Positions 48,009 through 57,653 of a stretch of DNA of 64,000 nt are shown here, one piece after another. The notes under the pieces are model-generated. The model worked only from the letters and a program-made list of their open reading frames with translations. It ran no database searches and had not been told where the DNA came from. How positions within the stretch are numbered: the stretch's first letter is position 1; every line of letters starts with the position of its first letter. The position numbers and the translations under genes were made by a program. The DNA lies in the NCBI GenBank assembly GCA_965279515.1, contig CBDIID010000003.1:4512001-4576000 (forward strand). Reading direction: 5' to 3'. The DNA comes from Turneriella sp. (GTDB taxonomy: Bacteria > Spirochaetota > Leptospiria > Turneriellales > Turneriellaceae).

Positions 48009-48730
48009 TTTCGAAAAAACCAGTATAAAATACGGTAAAAAACCATATTTTTTAGAAATTCAAAGATTGCTGGCAGGCCGATGAACGATTTCCGCCAATT
48101 ATTCTTTGTCGTTATACTTGGCATTTCGCTCACTTTTAAATTCAATCGCATTGCTTCCAGGATAATCTCCGCGTCGACAAACCAATCGTTGCTAGTCAAG
48201 CACATGTTGCTGTATGCTCTGCGGGTTAATATTTTGGGTTTAGCATTGATATCCCTTACCCTGACAGTTGGAAAAAAAAAATGAAAAAGAGCGTTAAATA
48301 CCACCGATACGGCACGGCGAAATTGAGTGTCTTCACGATACACCCGGTAGGATTTGCATAGATCCGTGTCCTGTTCTTTCATCAAACGGAGTAACCTGAC
48401 AATATCGTCCGGCGGAGTTTGTCCGTCACCATCCAGAAAAGAAATATACTTACCATGACTTCGAGCCAGACCTTGCCGTAAATCCCAGCCCATACGACCC
48501 TTTTTAGGCTCTGCAATCGAGGCGCATTTCCCTAACTGGCGTGCAAGCGTGGCCGCGATATCAGGCGTCTTGTCGTCCCGGGTGTTGGCATCGTAGTTGG
48601 CGACGAGAATTAGCTCAAAATTGCCGATGTTTGCGGTGAGTTCACGATGGATCATCGTCACGTAGGGGACGATGTGTTCCCCGCCCCGGTAACATAGCAG
48701 AACAACCGAAAGTTCCGGCTGGCGATTCAT
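48005..48730 (-). CDS. GT2 glycosyltransferase (polyprenol-phosphate sugar synthase, DPM1-like)
   Basis: ELSVVLLCY, D.TPDI, FLDGDGQ (DxD), DINAKPK, W..DAEI. Confidence 0.88.
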   Translation of the reverse strand: MNRQPELSVVLLCYRGGEHIVPYVTMIHRELTANIGNFELILVANYDANTRDDKTPDIAATLARQLGKCASIAEPKKGRMGWDLRQGLARSHGKYISFLDGDGQTPPDDIVRLLRLMKEQDTDLCKSYRVYREDTQFRRAVSVVFNALFHFFFPTVRVRDINAKPKILTRRAYSNMCLTSNDWFVDAEIILEAMRLNLKVSEMPSITTKNNWRKSFIGLPAIFEFLKNMVFYRILYWFFRK

Positions 48731-48949
48731 CGTTGGAAGCGTCGGGACATCATGCTCCTCCGGTAGATAATATGAAAACCAAATTGCTCTGCCCATCGAT
48801 AACAGCATGCCCGCTGATGATGGCCTCAAAGCTTCCTACCATATGCCAGCGGGTATTCAGATTGGATACCTTAACTCACCAGATCGCAATACATCCTGAA
48901 AAAACTGTCTTTGAAGCAGCGGTGGCGCGATGGGTTTGCAACGAAAGTC

Positions 48950-48986
48950 TTAATGTTTTTTAATGTTTTTATTTTAATGTTTTTAT
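48950..48986. repeat. Three direct repeats of TTAATGTTTTT in a divergent promoter region
   Basis: Copies start at 48950, 48960 and 48974; followed by TTGACG at 48991. Confidence 0.7.
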
Positions 48987-49029
48987 CGCCTTGACGTTCC
49001 AGGCTTGATGACCATCAGGATCACACGCT

Positions 49030-50634
49030 GTGTTGCTGAAATTTCTTATTCAAGGTAAGCGTGTCGTTTACTTTGCGTTCATTCTGACAAATCTTGTTCT
49101 TGCAGCGAGAAATCTCGAAAGCAAACCTTTCTGGATTGACGAATCCATTGCCGTGATGCCGGCAAAAAATCTTCTTCCATACCAGACTTTTGACACTAAT
49201 TTTATGCCCTGGCAGATTAAATACAATCTCTGGGATCCGGGCACTCCACTGTACAGAATTACTTTAGGCGTTTTCGTCCGGGTATTCGGTTTCTCAGAAA
49301 ACTCGACGCGGGCTTTTTCGCTCCTTTTTGGCATATTGACACTATGCGTCTTCTTTGCTTTTCTTTACAGGTTGCGGGGCTTTGATTTTGGTCTAAGGGC
49401 CAGTGCCCTGGTTGTGGTTTTGCCCGCATTTATTGGCATAAGCTCTGAAGCGCGCCATTATTCATTTGCAATGTTCTGGATTTTTTTTTCTGCGTATGCC
49501 TGTCTGCGCTTTCTTCAAGCGCAATCGGAGCGCGCCTTCATGTTTCTTTTGCTCATTCTTGCGGGATCTGTGCTTTCGCATGTCATGGCGTATTTCGTCG
49601 TACCGATTATTGTTGTTTTCCTGTTCCTGAACAATGTGAAGATCAAGCATTTAATCCTGAGATTTGGACCATTATTAATTATCTGCATTCTTGCAGTTTA
49701 TCTACTCATTTTTTTAGATACATTGCCTTTCATGCATGTAGTAAATTGCAGTAACAGGAATTTTGGCTGCGAGAAGGGGCACATGTATTATTTAGGTACG
49801 ATTTGGAAGGTGCTTGAAGGCCTCAGGATTCAGTATGAAACCTTTGTGCCGGCCGCGGCAAACTCATTTTCTTTTATGGGTGTATTTGGTCTTGCTGCTA
49901 AACAGTTGACGATCGCGCATATGGCAATTTTCCTGGGATTTTTATGCTTGCTAAGGAATTTCAGGCAAGATAAATTTGTTTTGAAGCAAGAAGGAGTGTT
50001 CCTTGCTCTCCTGCTGTTACCGTTGGCAATTCTGTCGGTGCGCGAATATAAGGCCCACAAGTATTTTTTGGTTTATGCCACACCGGTTATCGGTTATATC
50101 ATGGCGTACGCCTTTGATTTCTTCCGGAGCTATCCCACCCATTTCAGGCATTTGTCAGAAATATTCTTTTTTCTCGCAATTGCGGCTTCGCTGCACTTTA
50201 ATATTAGTGAAATCATAATATCTCCCCGATTATATTTCCTCGATTTCGGGAAGAAATTGTCTTTACCAAGGCGGGATAATTTTGAGCGAATTGATGCGCA
50301 GGTAAGATATTTACGCGCTAATGCCCGCCCTACTGATAAGATTGTTGCAACCATGGATGACGCTAGCCTCAGTCATTATTTGGGCCGATTTGTTTTCAGC
50401 TTTTTAAATAACGGGCATGACGATGGTTTTTTTCTGGATTTGTTACGGAAGGCGGAAAAAAGCAAGACGCGGGTATATTTCATTAATATGGTAGAGTCAA
50501 ATAACCACTGCCTGACGGATGAGCCTGAACCTCGTTCCATAGATTGCCGGACAAAGTACCGGGTATTTTTTGAGCGTTGCACTTCGGGATTAGATAAGAG
50601 TTGCATTGAAATTAAGCCTCAGAACCTGCCTTGA
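49030..50634 (+). CDS. GT-C glycosyltransferase (GT39 / PMT-like)
   Basis: FWIDES after TM1, PLY..L..F..VFGFSE..RAFS, S.EARHYS, SH; many TM helices; Cys-containing C-terminal domain. Confidence 0.85.
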   Translation: MLLKFLIQGKRVVYFAFILTNLVLAARNLESKPFWIDESIAVMPAKNLLPYQTFDTNFMPWQIKYNLWDPGTPLYRITLGVFVRVFGFSENSTRAFSLLFGILTLCVFFAFLYRLRGFDFGLRASALVVVLPAFIGISSEARHYSFAMFWIFFSAYACLRFLQAQSERAFMFLLLILAGSVLSHVMAYFVVPIIVVFLFLNNVKIKHLILRFGPLLIICILAVYLLIFLDTLPFMHVVNCSNRNFGCEKGHMYYLGTIWKVLEGLRIQYETFVPAAANSFSFMGVFGLAAKQLTIAHMAIFLGFLCLLRNFRQDKFVLKQEGVFLALLLLPLAILSVREYKAHKYFLVYATPVIGYIMAYAFDFFRSYPTHFRHLSEIFFFLAIAASLHFNISEIIISPRLYFLDFGKKLSLPRRDNFERIDAQVRYLRANARPTDKIVATMDDASLSHYLGRFVFSFLNNGHDDGFFLDLLRKAEKSKTRVYFINMVESNNHCLTDEPEPRSIDCRTKYRVFFERCTSGLDKSCIEIKPQNLP

Positions 50635-50778
50635 GGAAGATCCCGGATTAAACCTTTAGTAACTTCAGCAAATGAGCAAAGGAACGCCGATGCGGAGATG
50701 TGAGCGAAGACACCGTCACTTGGTGCATTAGGATTGACAAGATTCGCGGCGGAAAGATACCTGCTGGGTTCAGTTGGC

Positions 50779-51555
50779 ATGGAGATTTACCCGATTCGCA
50801 AGATTTCCTATACCAACCTTACTCTGGACGGGCTTCTGGGTTTACAGCAGCCGGTGAAAATTCAGGGCTTCAAACCGTGGACGAACGTTTTTGAGAAAAA
50901 ACGTTTCATCAGAAAAATACACGATATGACGATGGATGTCTATAAATTGACAGGCTATGACCTTGCCGTTTCAGGCAAAGATGGTATCCGTTACCGACAT
51001 TCTGGTAAACCAGGCAAGGCATCACGACGGCCGCACTATATGGCGCAAACCATTGCTGACCACGAAAGATTTTTCTCAGAATTCCGTGGTATTCCTTTTG
51101 GTTGTCATGAGAGTTCTTACTTTAAAGCAAGGGTGTGGGTTGGCACCAAAGGAACGCGTACGCCGTTGCATCGCGACTTGGCTCATAATCTTCTCCTGTT
51201 GATTACGGGGAATAAGAGCATACGCCTTGTGGCGCCTTCGGCAAAACGCTTTGTTTATTCGCACAAACTTTGCAGCAGGACCCCGAATTTTGCCGAGCTT
51301 AACCTGCATAGGCCCGATTTCCGCCGTCATCCGCTCGCAAACAATCTGACGATCTACGAAAGCCGGCTTGTACCCGGAGAAATTCTCTATATACCACCCC
51401 TTTGGTGGCATGATGTCCGGAACACAGAACTCTCTGAGAGTATTAATTTCTGGTTTGCACCGTTTGGAATCTATTCCATAGCTGCAGGACTGGCGAATTT
51501 TCTGAATTCGACGATACGCATCTGGACGCGTCGGTCAAATGAATATGAAAAATAG
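50779..51555 (+). CDS. JmjC / cupin-8 Fe(II)/2-oxoglutarate oxygenase
   Basis: VWVG..GT.TPLHRD (HxD), GNK, PGEILYIPPLWWHDV, SINFW; start at ATG 50779 or TTG 50734. Confidence 0.88.
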   Translation: MEIYPIRKISYTNLTLDGLLGLQQPVKIQGFKPWTNVFEKKRFIRKIHDMTMDVYKLTGYDLAVSGKDGIRYRHSGKPGKASRRPHYMAQTIADHERFFSEFRGIPFGCHESSYFKARVWVGTKGTRTPLHRDLAHNLLLLITGNKSIRLVAPSAKRFVYSHKLCSRTPNFAELNLHRPDFRRHPLANNLTIYESRLVPGEILYIPPLWWHDVRNTELSESINFWFAPFGIYSIAAGLANFLNSTIRIWTRRSNEYEK

Positions 51556-51570
51556 CAGCGTGATTTTGGC

Positions 51571-52425
51571 ATGAGTAGTGGGCACCCAGCCCGTGATGTT
51601 TCTTTCGCCCAGCTTCTGCTCGGCGTGCCGGTCTTAGGCGCAACGATCTTCCCTTTGTGTGCGCTGATTTTCAAGTTTTTGCGCGCGGAGGGCGTTCTGC
51701 TTGCCATAAATTTTTCGCTGCTTTGGTATCCGGGGAAGCAAGAAATTCTGCACACGTTTTCGGCAATGCTCTTGTCGACGCTGGTCCTGGCTCAACTCTA
51801 TGGTTTCAACGATGTTTTGGATGCGGCGAATGATATCAGGGATCAAGATAAGAGATCCGAAATCGCAGCATTAATTCTCAAAAATTACGCAGCCTTCGTC
51901 GCTGCAGCAACAATTTGGGCGATTGGATTGCTGCTGGGTGCTTACTTTCTTTTTCCCAAAGCATTGCCGGGAGTCACAGCCATGCTGGTGATCAATATGC
52001 TTTATTCGATGATCTTTAAAGGAGTGCCGGTGGCTGATGTTGTTGTCGTCGCTTTTTGGGGTGGGTGTTTCCCTATGTTGCTTGGAGAGCCCGTGGACAT
52101 AGGGTTAATGGTTATTGTTGGGGCTATGACCGGTGTCAGCCACGTATGGCAGACCATGCGCGATAAAGATGCTGATGCCTCGGGTGGTATTAAGACCATT
52201 GCGGTCTTTTCGCGGTTCTGGGCAATAACTGCCGTTTTTCTATTCAGTTTCCTTATCGCCGCGATAACCGTCGGGCGCCTTTCTGGGGCGCAGACAATTT
52301 GCGCGGTGCTATTATGTGCCTCGCCATTATTTCTTTATTTTACCATGACCAGAATACGCAGTATCTGGGTTCTGACGAAAGTCGCCTTTGCGGTACTCTG
52401 GGTAATGATCTTATGGTTTCAATGA
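51571..52425 (+). CDS. UbiA-family prenyltransferase
   Basis: YGFNDVLDAANDIRD (NDxxDxxxD), YS..FKG, RDKDADASGGIKTIAV; 8-9 TM helices. Confidence 0.85.
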   Translation: MSSGHPARDVSFAQLLLGVPVLGATIFPLCALIFKFLRAEGVLLAINFSLLWYPGKQEILHTFSAMLLSTLVLAQLYGFNDVLDAANDIRDQDKRSEIAALILKNYAAFVAAATIWAIGLLLGAYFLFPKALPGVTAMLVINMLYSMIFKGVPVADVVVVAFWGGCFPMLLGEPVDIGLMVIVGAMTGVSHVWQTMRDKDADASGGIKTIAVFSRFWAITAVFLFSFLIAAITVGRLSGAQTICAVLLCASPLFLYFTMTRIRSIWVLTKVAFAVLWVMILWFQ

Positions 52426-52510
52426 AAAGGCTGGTCGCATTCTGCGCTTGCGACGTTACCCCTAACGGATTATCGTTCGTGCCTGCACATCCAGTCCTTT
52501 GACTTGTTTT

Positions 52511-53542
52511 TCAAAGCGAACCATAACCGGAATAAAGGCCAAGCAGGGATGAGAGTGGTTCGGTGAAAAGAAGATTTAGCTGAAGATATGGACCACAAAT
52601 GCAGCTATTACAGGGTTTTTTACCGTCATACGATTTCATCCACTCGTCGCGCAGCATGTTCACACCCGGTGTAGTCTTTTTAATCAGAGCACATGGATAT
52701 GCGGTGCCTTTGGAGTCAATGTAGATATACCCGTATCCAGCAGCGCAGTGGTTCTTCTCAAGGTTGGTCCGGATTTCGCGGTAATCCTTCCAGGCTATTA
52801 CCGATTCGATGTACCGTCGCGAGTTGGCTATCACGCGGGTCGTTTTCTGGAGAGTGAGAAGGTTTTTCCAAATGTCCCGATAGTGTTCGTTCGTAAATTC
52901 TGCCGAGAAGTTACCGCGGATGATGTCGGTGACGGGCGCCAAGGTCGAAACCCCTTTTATTTGAAAATGGAGCTTGAAACGGTATTTTTCTGCAAGTTCG
53001 ATGAGCTTAGGAATGCCCTCCGCGCTCTTCTCGTCGACGACGGTGATGGCAACCAGAGGGATGCCTCGCCTGCGAATGTCGGCGATCGCCTCGATGACGC
53101 CTATTGAAGATCCCGGGCCACGGTTTTTCTCGTGCAACTCAGCTGGACCGTCAAGGCTCGTGAAGGCGAAATCAATCTTGGTGAACACCTCCGGTTTATC
53201 GGCGTAGAGGAGCAGGTTTGAATTCAGCGAAACGTAGAAACCTCGTTTTTTAGCCAGGGTGATGATATCGCCGATGTCATCGCGAAGCAGCGGTTCACCC
53301 CCTGTAAGACCGAGGCGATAGATGCCGCTCTTGCGCAGGTTGTCGAACAAAAGGGATATTTCATCCAGGGTTAGTTCGCGGTCCTTGAGAAACGGGGAAT
53401 TGCAGTATCTACAGGTCAGGTTGCATCGGTTGCAAACCACAAAAACCGCTGAGAGGGGCCTGGGCCGATTTAGGTAACGGAAGTTTACGAAGCTGCGTGC
53501 GAAATGTGCACCGGCCTTCAGGTTATCCAGTGTGCTGGGCAT
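52511..53542 (-). CDS. Radical SAM enzyme with SPASM/twitch domain
   Basis: CNLTCRYC, TGGEPLLR, SLDG...H...RG, CAAG..YIDSKG..YPC..CNSC. Confidence 0.93.
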   Translation of the reverse strand: MPSTLDNLKAGAHFARSFVNFRYLNRPRPLSAVFVVCNRCNLTCRYCNSPFLKDRELTLDEISLLFDNLRKSGIYRLGLTGGEPLLRDDIGDIITLAKKRGFYVSLNSNLLLYADKPEVFTKIDFAFTSLDGPAELHEKNRGPGSSIGVIEAIADIRRRGIPLVAITVVDEKSAEGIPKLIELAEKYRFKLHFQIKGVSTLAPVTDIIRGNFSAEFTNEHYRDIWKNLLTLQKTTRVIANSRRYIESVIAWKDYREIRTNLEKNHCAAGYGYIYIDSKGTAYPCALIKKTTPGVNMLRDEWMKSYDGKKPCNSCICGPYLQLNLLFTEPLSSLLGLYSGYGSL

Positions 53543-54428
53543 AATTTTGTTGGCGGGCTACACACCACGCCTCTCCGCCGTTTTCGGAAAGTAACATTTG
53601 GTTATTTGAGGAAAAGTTTTCCAGAATCTCCCCGACTGGATCGGAGAGGAAATCCGCCACGTCCTTATCCTTGAGAACGGCTGGGCAGAACCTTAATTTT
53701 CCCGCTGTATTGATATGGAGATATAGGTTCGACATCGGTGGGCATTTTACGCCTGTGTCGCCTTCGTATTCCGGGTCATAAGACTGTATAAAGGTGAATC
53801 CAAGCCGTGCTGCAGCTTCGCGGCACTTCTCAAATATTTCCACAGCCTCGAGGCCGCGCCGCCACGGATTGCCACGTCCGGTGCTCTCCCAGATGCGAAA
53901 GCGGCTGAGTCCCGCGTCGTTGAGCTCTGCGAACATTTCGGGAATTTTGACGAGATTGTACTGGCCCACTGTGATGGTCGCTGTCACTTCGAGGCCGACT
54001 GCAAGCGCCGCGCGAATACCTTTCTGCTGCTCGTTGAATGCTCCCGGTATACCGTGCTGCGCATCGTGGAGTTCACTGCCCTGGTAGTTAACCTGTACCT
54101 GTTTGACTTTTTCGGTACTGAGGAAGTCAGCGAGCCGCTGCAGATTACCGCCATGCGTCACTACGTGTGTTAGGAAATCATGGCTGCGCGTTTCCCTGAC
54201 AAACGATTCGAATTCGGGATGCTCCGTTGGCTCGCCGCCCGACAGGGTGACCTGCAAAATACCGATGTCGCGTAATTTACGCAGAATTAATTTGAAATCT
54301 TCTAACCGCATTTCGTCAGTCAGATGGCCGTTAAATCCGCCATAACACCAGCCGCAACGGTGTGTGCAGCGGCTGGTGATGTTGATATAAGCCCACAGCG
54401 GCCGGCCGCTGAATTGGTCCAGCTTCAT
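53523..54428 (-). CDS. Radical SAM enzyme with twitch-like C-terminus
   Basis: ITSRCTHRCGWC, LSGGEPTEHP, CPP..LHINTAGKLRFC; start MKLDQF at 54428. Confidence 0.92.
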   Translation of the reverse strand: MKLDQFSGRPLWAYINITSRCTHRCGWCYGGFNGHLTDEMRLEDFKLILRKLRDIGILQVTLSGGEPTEHPEFESFVRETRSHDFLTHVVTHGGNLQRLADFLSTEKVKQVQVNYQGSELHDAQHGIPGAFNEQQKGIRAALAVGLEVTATITVGQYNLVKIPEMFAELNDAGLSRFRIWESTGRGNPWRRGLEAVEIFEKCREAAARLGFTFIQSYDPEYEGDTGVKCPPMSNLYLHINTAGKLRFCPAVLKDKDVADFLSDPVGEILENFSSNNQMLLSENGGEAWCVARQQNYAQHTG

Positions 54429-54509
54429 TCTCGAAGAGTATTGTTCAGCTTTCGAGAATGAGATCAAACACATCCGGAACCTAAATACAGGTCGTGTGCA
54501 CTCAAGCAA

Positions 54510-55307
54510 TCAGAAAAGAAGAATCCGGGGCAGAAGTATGCACAGCCACGCCGTCGCTTGCGTGGCTTTTAAGGCAAGCCACGCCTTATGCGAGAAACCA
54601 GCCAGCGCCCGCACACCGCCGCCTGCGAGGGCCAGCAAAGCGGCCCAGACAAAACCTTCGATCAGAAAAGCGCATGAAGCACCTGCCGTGGCAAAGTAGT
54701 AACCGGCGCTTTGCAGCCGGGGCGAATAAACCGCTGAGGTTGAAATACCGGCCGCGGTGTCCACACCCAGGTCACGCTGCATCTGAAAAGTATGGTTCAT
54801 CGCCAGCATAAATCCGGCTGCAAGTTTGAGGGTAAGGGGCGCCGCCGGGCAATACGCGTGGATAAAAAATGGCCCCCAAAGAAAGACCAGGAGAAGATCG
54901 AGACCGGGTCTTCCTTTTGCACCCAGGTTATACGACGTGCTAAGCGCGAAGGTTGCTGAGAGGCTGAGAAGGTGAGCAAGCGAAATTTGCCAGGCAAACC
55001 CGAGCAGAACCAGCGAATATGCCCCGTTCAGCAGATACGCATACGCCGGATACGCAGCGAGCGTTTTTAGCCAGGCGGCGGACCTGCGGGGATCGCGAAG
55101 GTCTGCCGGAGCGTCGTGGATGTCGTTCAGTGCGTACATGACTGCCAGGCCCGAGGCGGCCAAAACTAAGGTATGCGCACCATGGGTCACGGAAGTATAC
55201 AACCAGAGGAGAAAGGCGGTTAAACCCAGAAGTGCCCCTTCACCTTTTCTGAACCGGGAACCGAGGGAGAACAGGGGTGCGCACAAGAGATAAAGAAAAC
55301 GCATCAT
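54510..55307 (-). CDS. UbiA-family prenyltransferase (paralog of 51571-52425)
   Basis: YALNDIHDAPADLRD, Y..GAKGRPGLD, QRDLGVDTAAGISTSAV. Confidence 0.82.
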   Translation of the reverse strand: MMRFLYLLCAPLFSLGSRFRKGEGALLGLTAFLLWLYTSVTHGAHTLVLAASGLAVMYALNDIHDAPADLRDPRRSAAWLKTLAAYPAYAYLLNGAYSLVLLGFAWQISLAHLLSLSATFALSTSYNLGAKGRPGLDLLLVFLWGPFFIHAYCPAAPLTLKLAAGFMLAMNHTFQMQRDLGVDTAAGISTSAVYSPRLQSAGYYFATAGASCAFLIEGFVWAALLALAGGGVRALAGFSHKAWLALKATQATAWLCILLPRILLF

Positions 55308-56100
55308 ACGGTCTGTGCAGTATCGGTGGCTAGCGGTTTTACCCAGGCGTACTTATTGACACCGATGATTTTTCTCAGATAGAATGATCCGGCCGCAAGC
55401 AACTCATTGAGATTCGCCGGGGCGAACCAATGGTTTATGCTCGTGGCCTTTTCCATGTTTACAATGTTGTGCCACCAAAAAGGCGGAATATAGATGAGTT
55501 CAACCGCTTCGATGGTTGCGAGCCGCACGCTTTTCGGAAAGCCGTCTGTGCCTGGGGCGCGCAGATCGACCCGGGCAAAATACGGTGCCTTGGGAAAAAG
55601 GGAATGTCGGTACACTTCGGCTCCATTTCGGGGCTCGAGCATCAGGATGTCTTTTGCCCTTGCAGTGATGAGGATAAGCGGTTGCCCCGTATATCGCGGT
55701 GCGATGGCGTTCTGCTCGAGCCACCCGCAAGCGAGAGATGGTCGCGGAACCAAGCGAGCTTGTCGCATGCATGGGGTACGGGCAGGTTCCTGCTGAGCGC
55801 AGGTAGCAGGTTGCTGACAGATCCGGAAAAATAATAATCATCCCAGATGGTGAGCCGGTTCATGATTTCCCGGCCGCTAAATGTCGCGATCAAAAAACTG
55901 TTTGGCCCTGAAAGATCGAGCTTGTGTCCGTCGAGTTTTGCTGCCGTAATTCTCAAACTTTGCAGGCTTGCCAAAAGATAACGCTGCGTTAACCACCCCA
56001 CGGAAGGGACTCCCGTAAGTTTCAGGGGTTTCCGCGCATTCATGATCCGCCGGATATCGGAAGACGGGAAGCACGCGTTAGGTACATTCAATTCTCGCAC
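55304..56100 (-). pseudogene. Frameshifted JmjC / cupin-8 oxygenase (paralog of 50779-51555)
   Basis: 5' ORF ends RTPSHRDIRGN..LQGQK then stop; 3' ORF in another frame carries ILMLEP..VY..ELIYIPPFWWHNI..SINHWFAP; frame change near 55650-55685. Confidence 0.8.
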
Positions 56101-56162
56101 GCAGAATTTTCTGAATATTCGATACAGAGAGAGTCAACTCTAAAATTGATCCCGGAACAGGA

Positions 56163-57617
56163 ATGGATTCAAATTCAAAAACGGACGGTACCCGCGCGCT
56201 TTTGGTCGTAGCGGCTTTTGCCGTCATAGCGGCCTTTCTCCTCGGCCGCACCGAGCGGAACTTTGACGAAGGCGTATATATCCAGCAGGCGAAACTCATC
56301 AGCACCGGTAAATTTCCTTTCGTGGATTTTTTCCACCATCAGTTCCCGCTTTACATCTATATCCTCGGTGGCTGGATTTTTCTTGGGTTCGAAAGCTTCG
56401 AGGCATGCCGCCTGCTTTCGCTGCTCTTCGTTTGCGCGGCGGCCTGGATGCTGGCGGAGATCCCGCGGCTGAATGGCCGTCCGGGGGCGGGGCCTTGGAT
56501 CGCCGCGCTTTTTCTTTTTTCACCGCTTACCCGGTTTTCCCTGATGGCTATGCCGACAGGACTCATGCTGTTTCTGATCACCGCGGGCTTCTGGAGCTTT
56601 TTTCGCGGCGGACGGTCGCTCTGGATGTCGGCCTTTTTTTTCAGCGCCGCACTTTTTGCGAAGCCGGTCGTATTGCCCGCGCTTTTGGTCCCCCCGGTTT
56701 TGCTCATGGCACAGCGCCGCTGGCGGGACTTGTTACTTTTTTCTAGCGGCGGTTTTCTTTTTTGCTTGGTTCTTGGAGGGGCAGTGCTTGCGGCAAGCAG
56801 TGGCAGCTTCATACAATTGTTTGCCGCCCAGTCGTCGCGTTTTTCGGGCAAACATGTGTTTCAGGTGCTACGCACAATGCCGCTCTTCTCCGAGTATCTT
56901 AGCGCGTCTAGTATTACATCCATGCTTGAGTATAACATTATAGAGCATACTCGGAATTTTTTTTCGCCTTTTCCGTTCAACCCGGGATTGCTTTATACTG
57001 TATTGGGTATCGCCGGAGCGGTTAAGCTTGCCATAACAGAACCGCGAAGGCTGCTATTTCCCGGAATCTGGTTCCTCCTTACTTTAGTTTTTCTCGTCTT
57101 CTTGATGAACCCCTCGTTTGATCACTATCAGGTCCAGTATGTTGCGCCGCTGGTGCTACTGGCCGTCGAAGTTCTGCGACCCGATGAAGAGGGTCGATGG
57201 AAAATCATCTTATTCTTAGTGATTGCAGCTACAGTGGTCTCCGGGTCTTTCTGGAAGGTGATGTCGCCGGTGACCGTTGCTCATCTGCGTGAGCGTTTTA
57301 AACCCGGCGAAGTCGTTGTGGCGCTGAACCCCCTGATTCATGCAGTGGCCCGCACCAATCCGGTTTGTGACGTGATAGATCCAATTAACACGTACGGAGA
57401 TACAGCACTCCCGGGGATCAAGCGTACGCAGGATTGGGAAAAATTTCTGATATCCGACGCGCAGATTAAAGAATGCCTCAGGAATCATCCCGATTCCAAG
57501 GTTTATCTACACCCGGTTTTCCGCGCCTTTGTCCATAAAGAACTTGCGGAATTCGCCGTTACTTTGCCTGAATGGAGGTTAGTTTCAGAACCAGCAAATA
57601 TCAAAAAGTTCCCGTAA
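56163..57617 (+). CDS. GT-C glycosyltransferase (ArnT / GT83-like)
   Basis: NFDEGVY after TM1, G..PFVDFFHHQFPL, RLLS, AK, FDHY; many TM helices. Confidence 0.82.
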   Translation: MDSNSKTDGTRALLVVAAFAVIAAFLLGRTERNFDEGVYIQQAKLISTGKFPFVDFFHHQFPLYIYILGGWIFLGFESFEACRLLSLLFVCAAAWMLAEIPRLNGRPGAGPWIAALFLFSPLTRFSLMAMPTGLMLFLITAGFWSFFRGGRSLWMSAFFFSAALFAKPVVLPALLVPPVLLMAQRRWRDLLLFSSGGFLFCLVLGGAVLAASSGSFIQLFAAQSSRFSGKHVFQVLRTMPLFSEYLSASSITSMLEYNIIEHTRNFFSPFPFNPGLLYTVLGIAGAVKLAITEPRRLLFPGIWFLLTLVFLVFLMNPSFDHYQVQYVAPLVLLAVEVLRPDEEGRWKIILFLVIAATVVSGSFWKVMSPVTVAHLRERFKPGEVVVALNPLIHAVARTNPVCDVIDPINTYGDTALPGIKRTQDWEKFLISDAQIKECLRNHPDSKVYLHPVFRAFVHKELAEFAVTLPEWRLVSEPANIKKFP

Positions 57618-57653
57618 TCCTGCTGGCATATTCCCCGGGAGAGGCAAGGGTTC

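Noticed and set aside
48923..48940. Sigma-54-like TGGCGCG...TTGCA
   Set aside because: GG-to-GC spacing is 12 bp, not the required 10.
52511..54428. RiPP (ranthipeptide/PQQ/mycofactocin) cluster based on the SPASM-type radical SAMs
   Set aside because: No convincing precursor peptide, PqqD/RRE domain, peptidase or exporter; neighbours are lipid and sugar enzymes.
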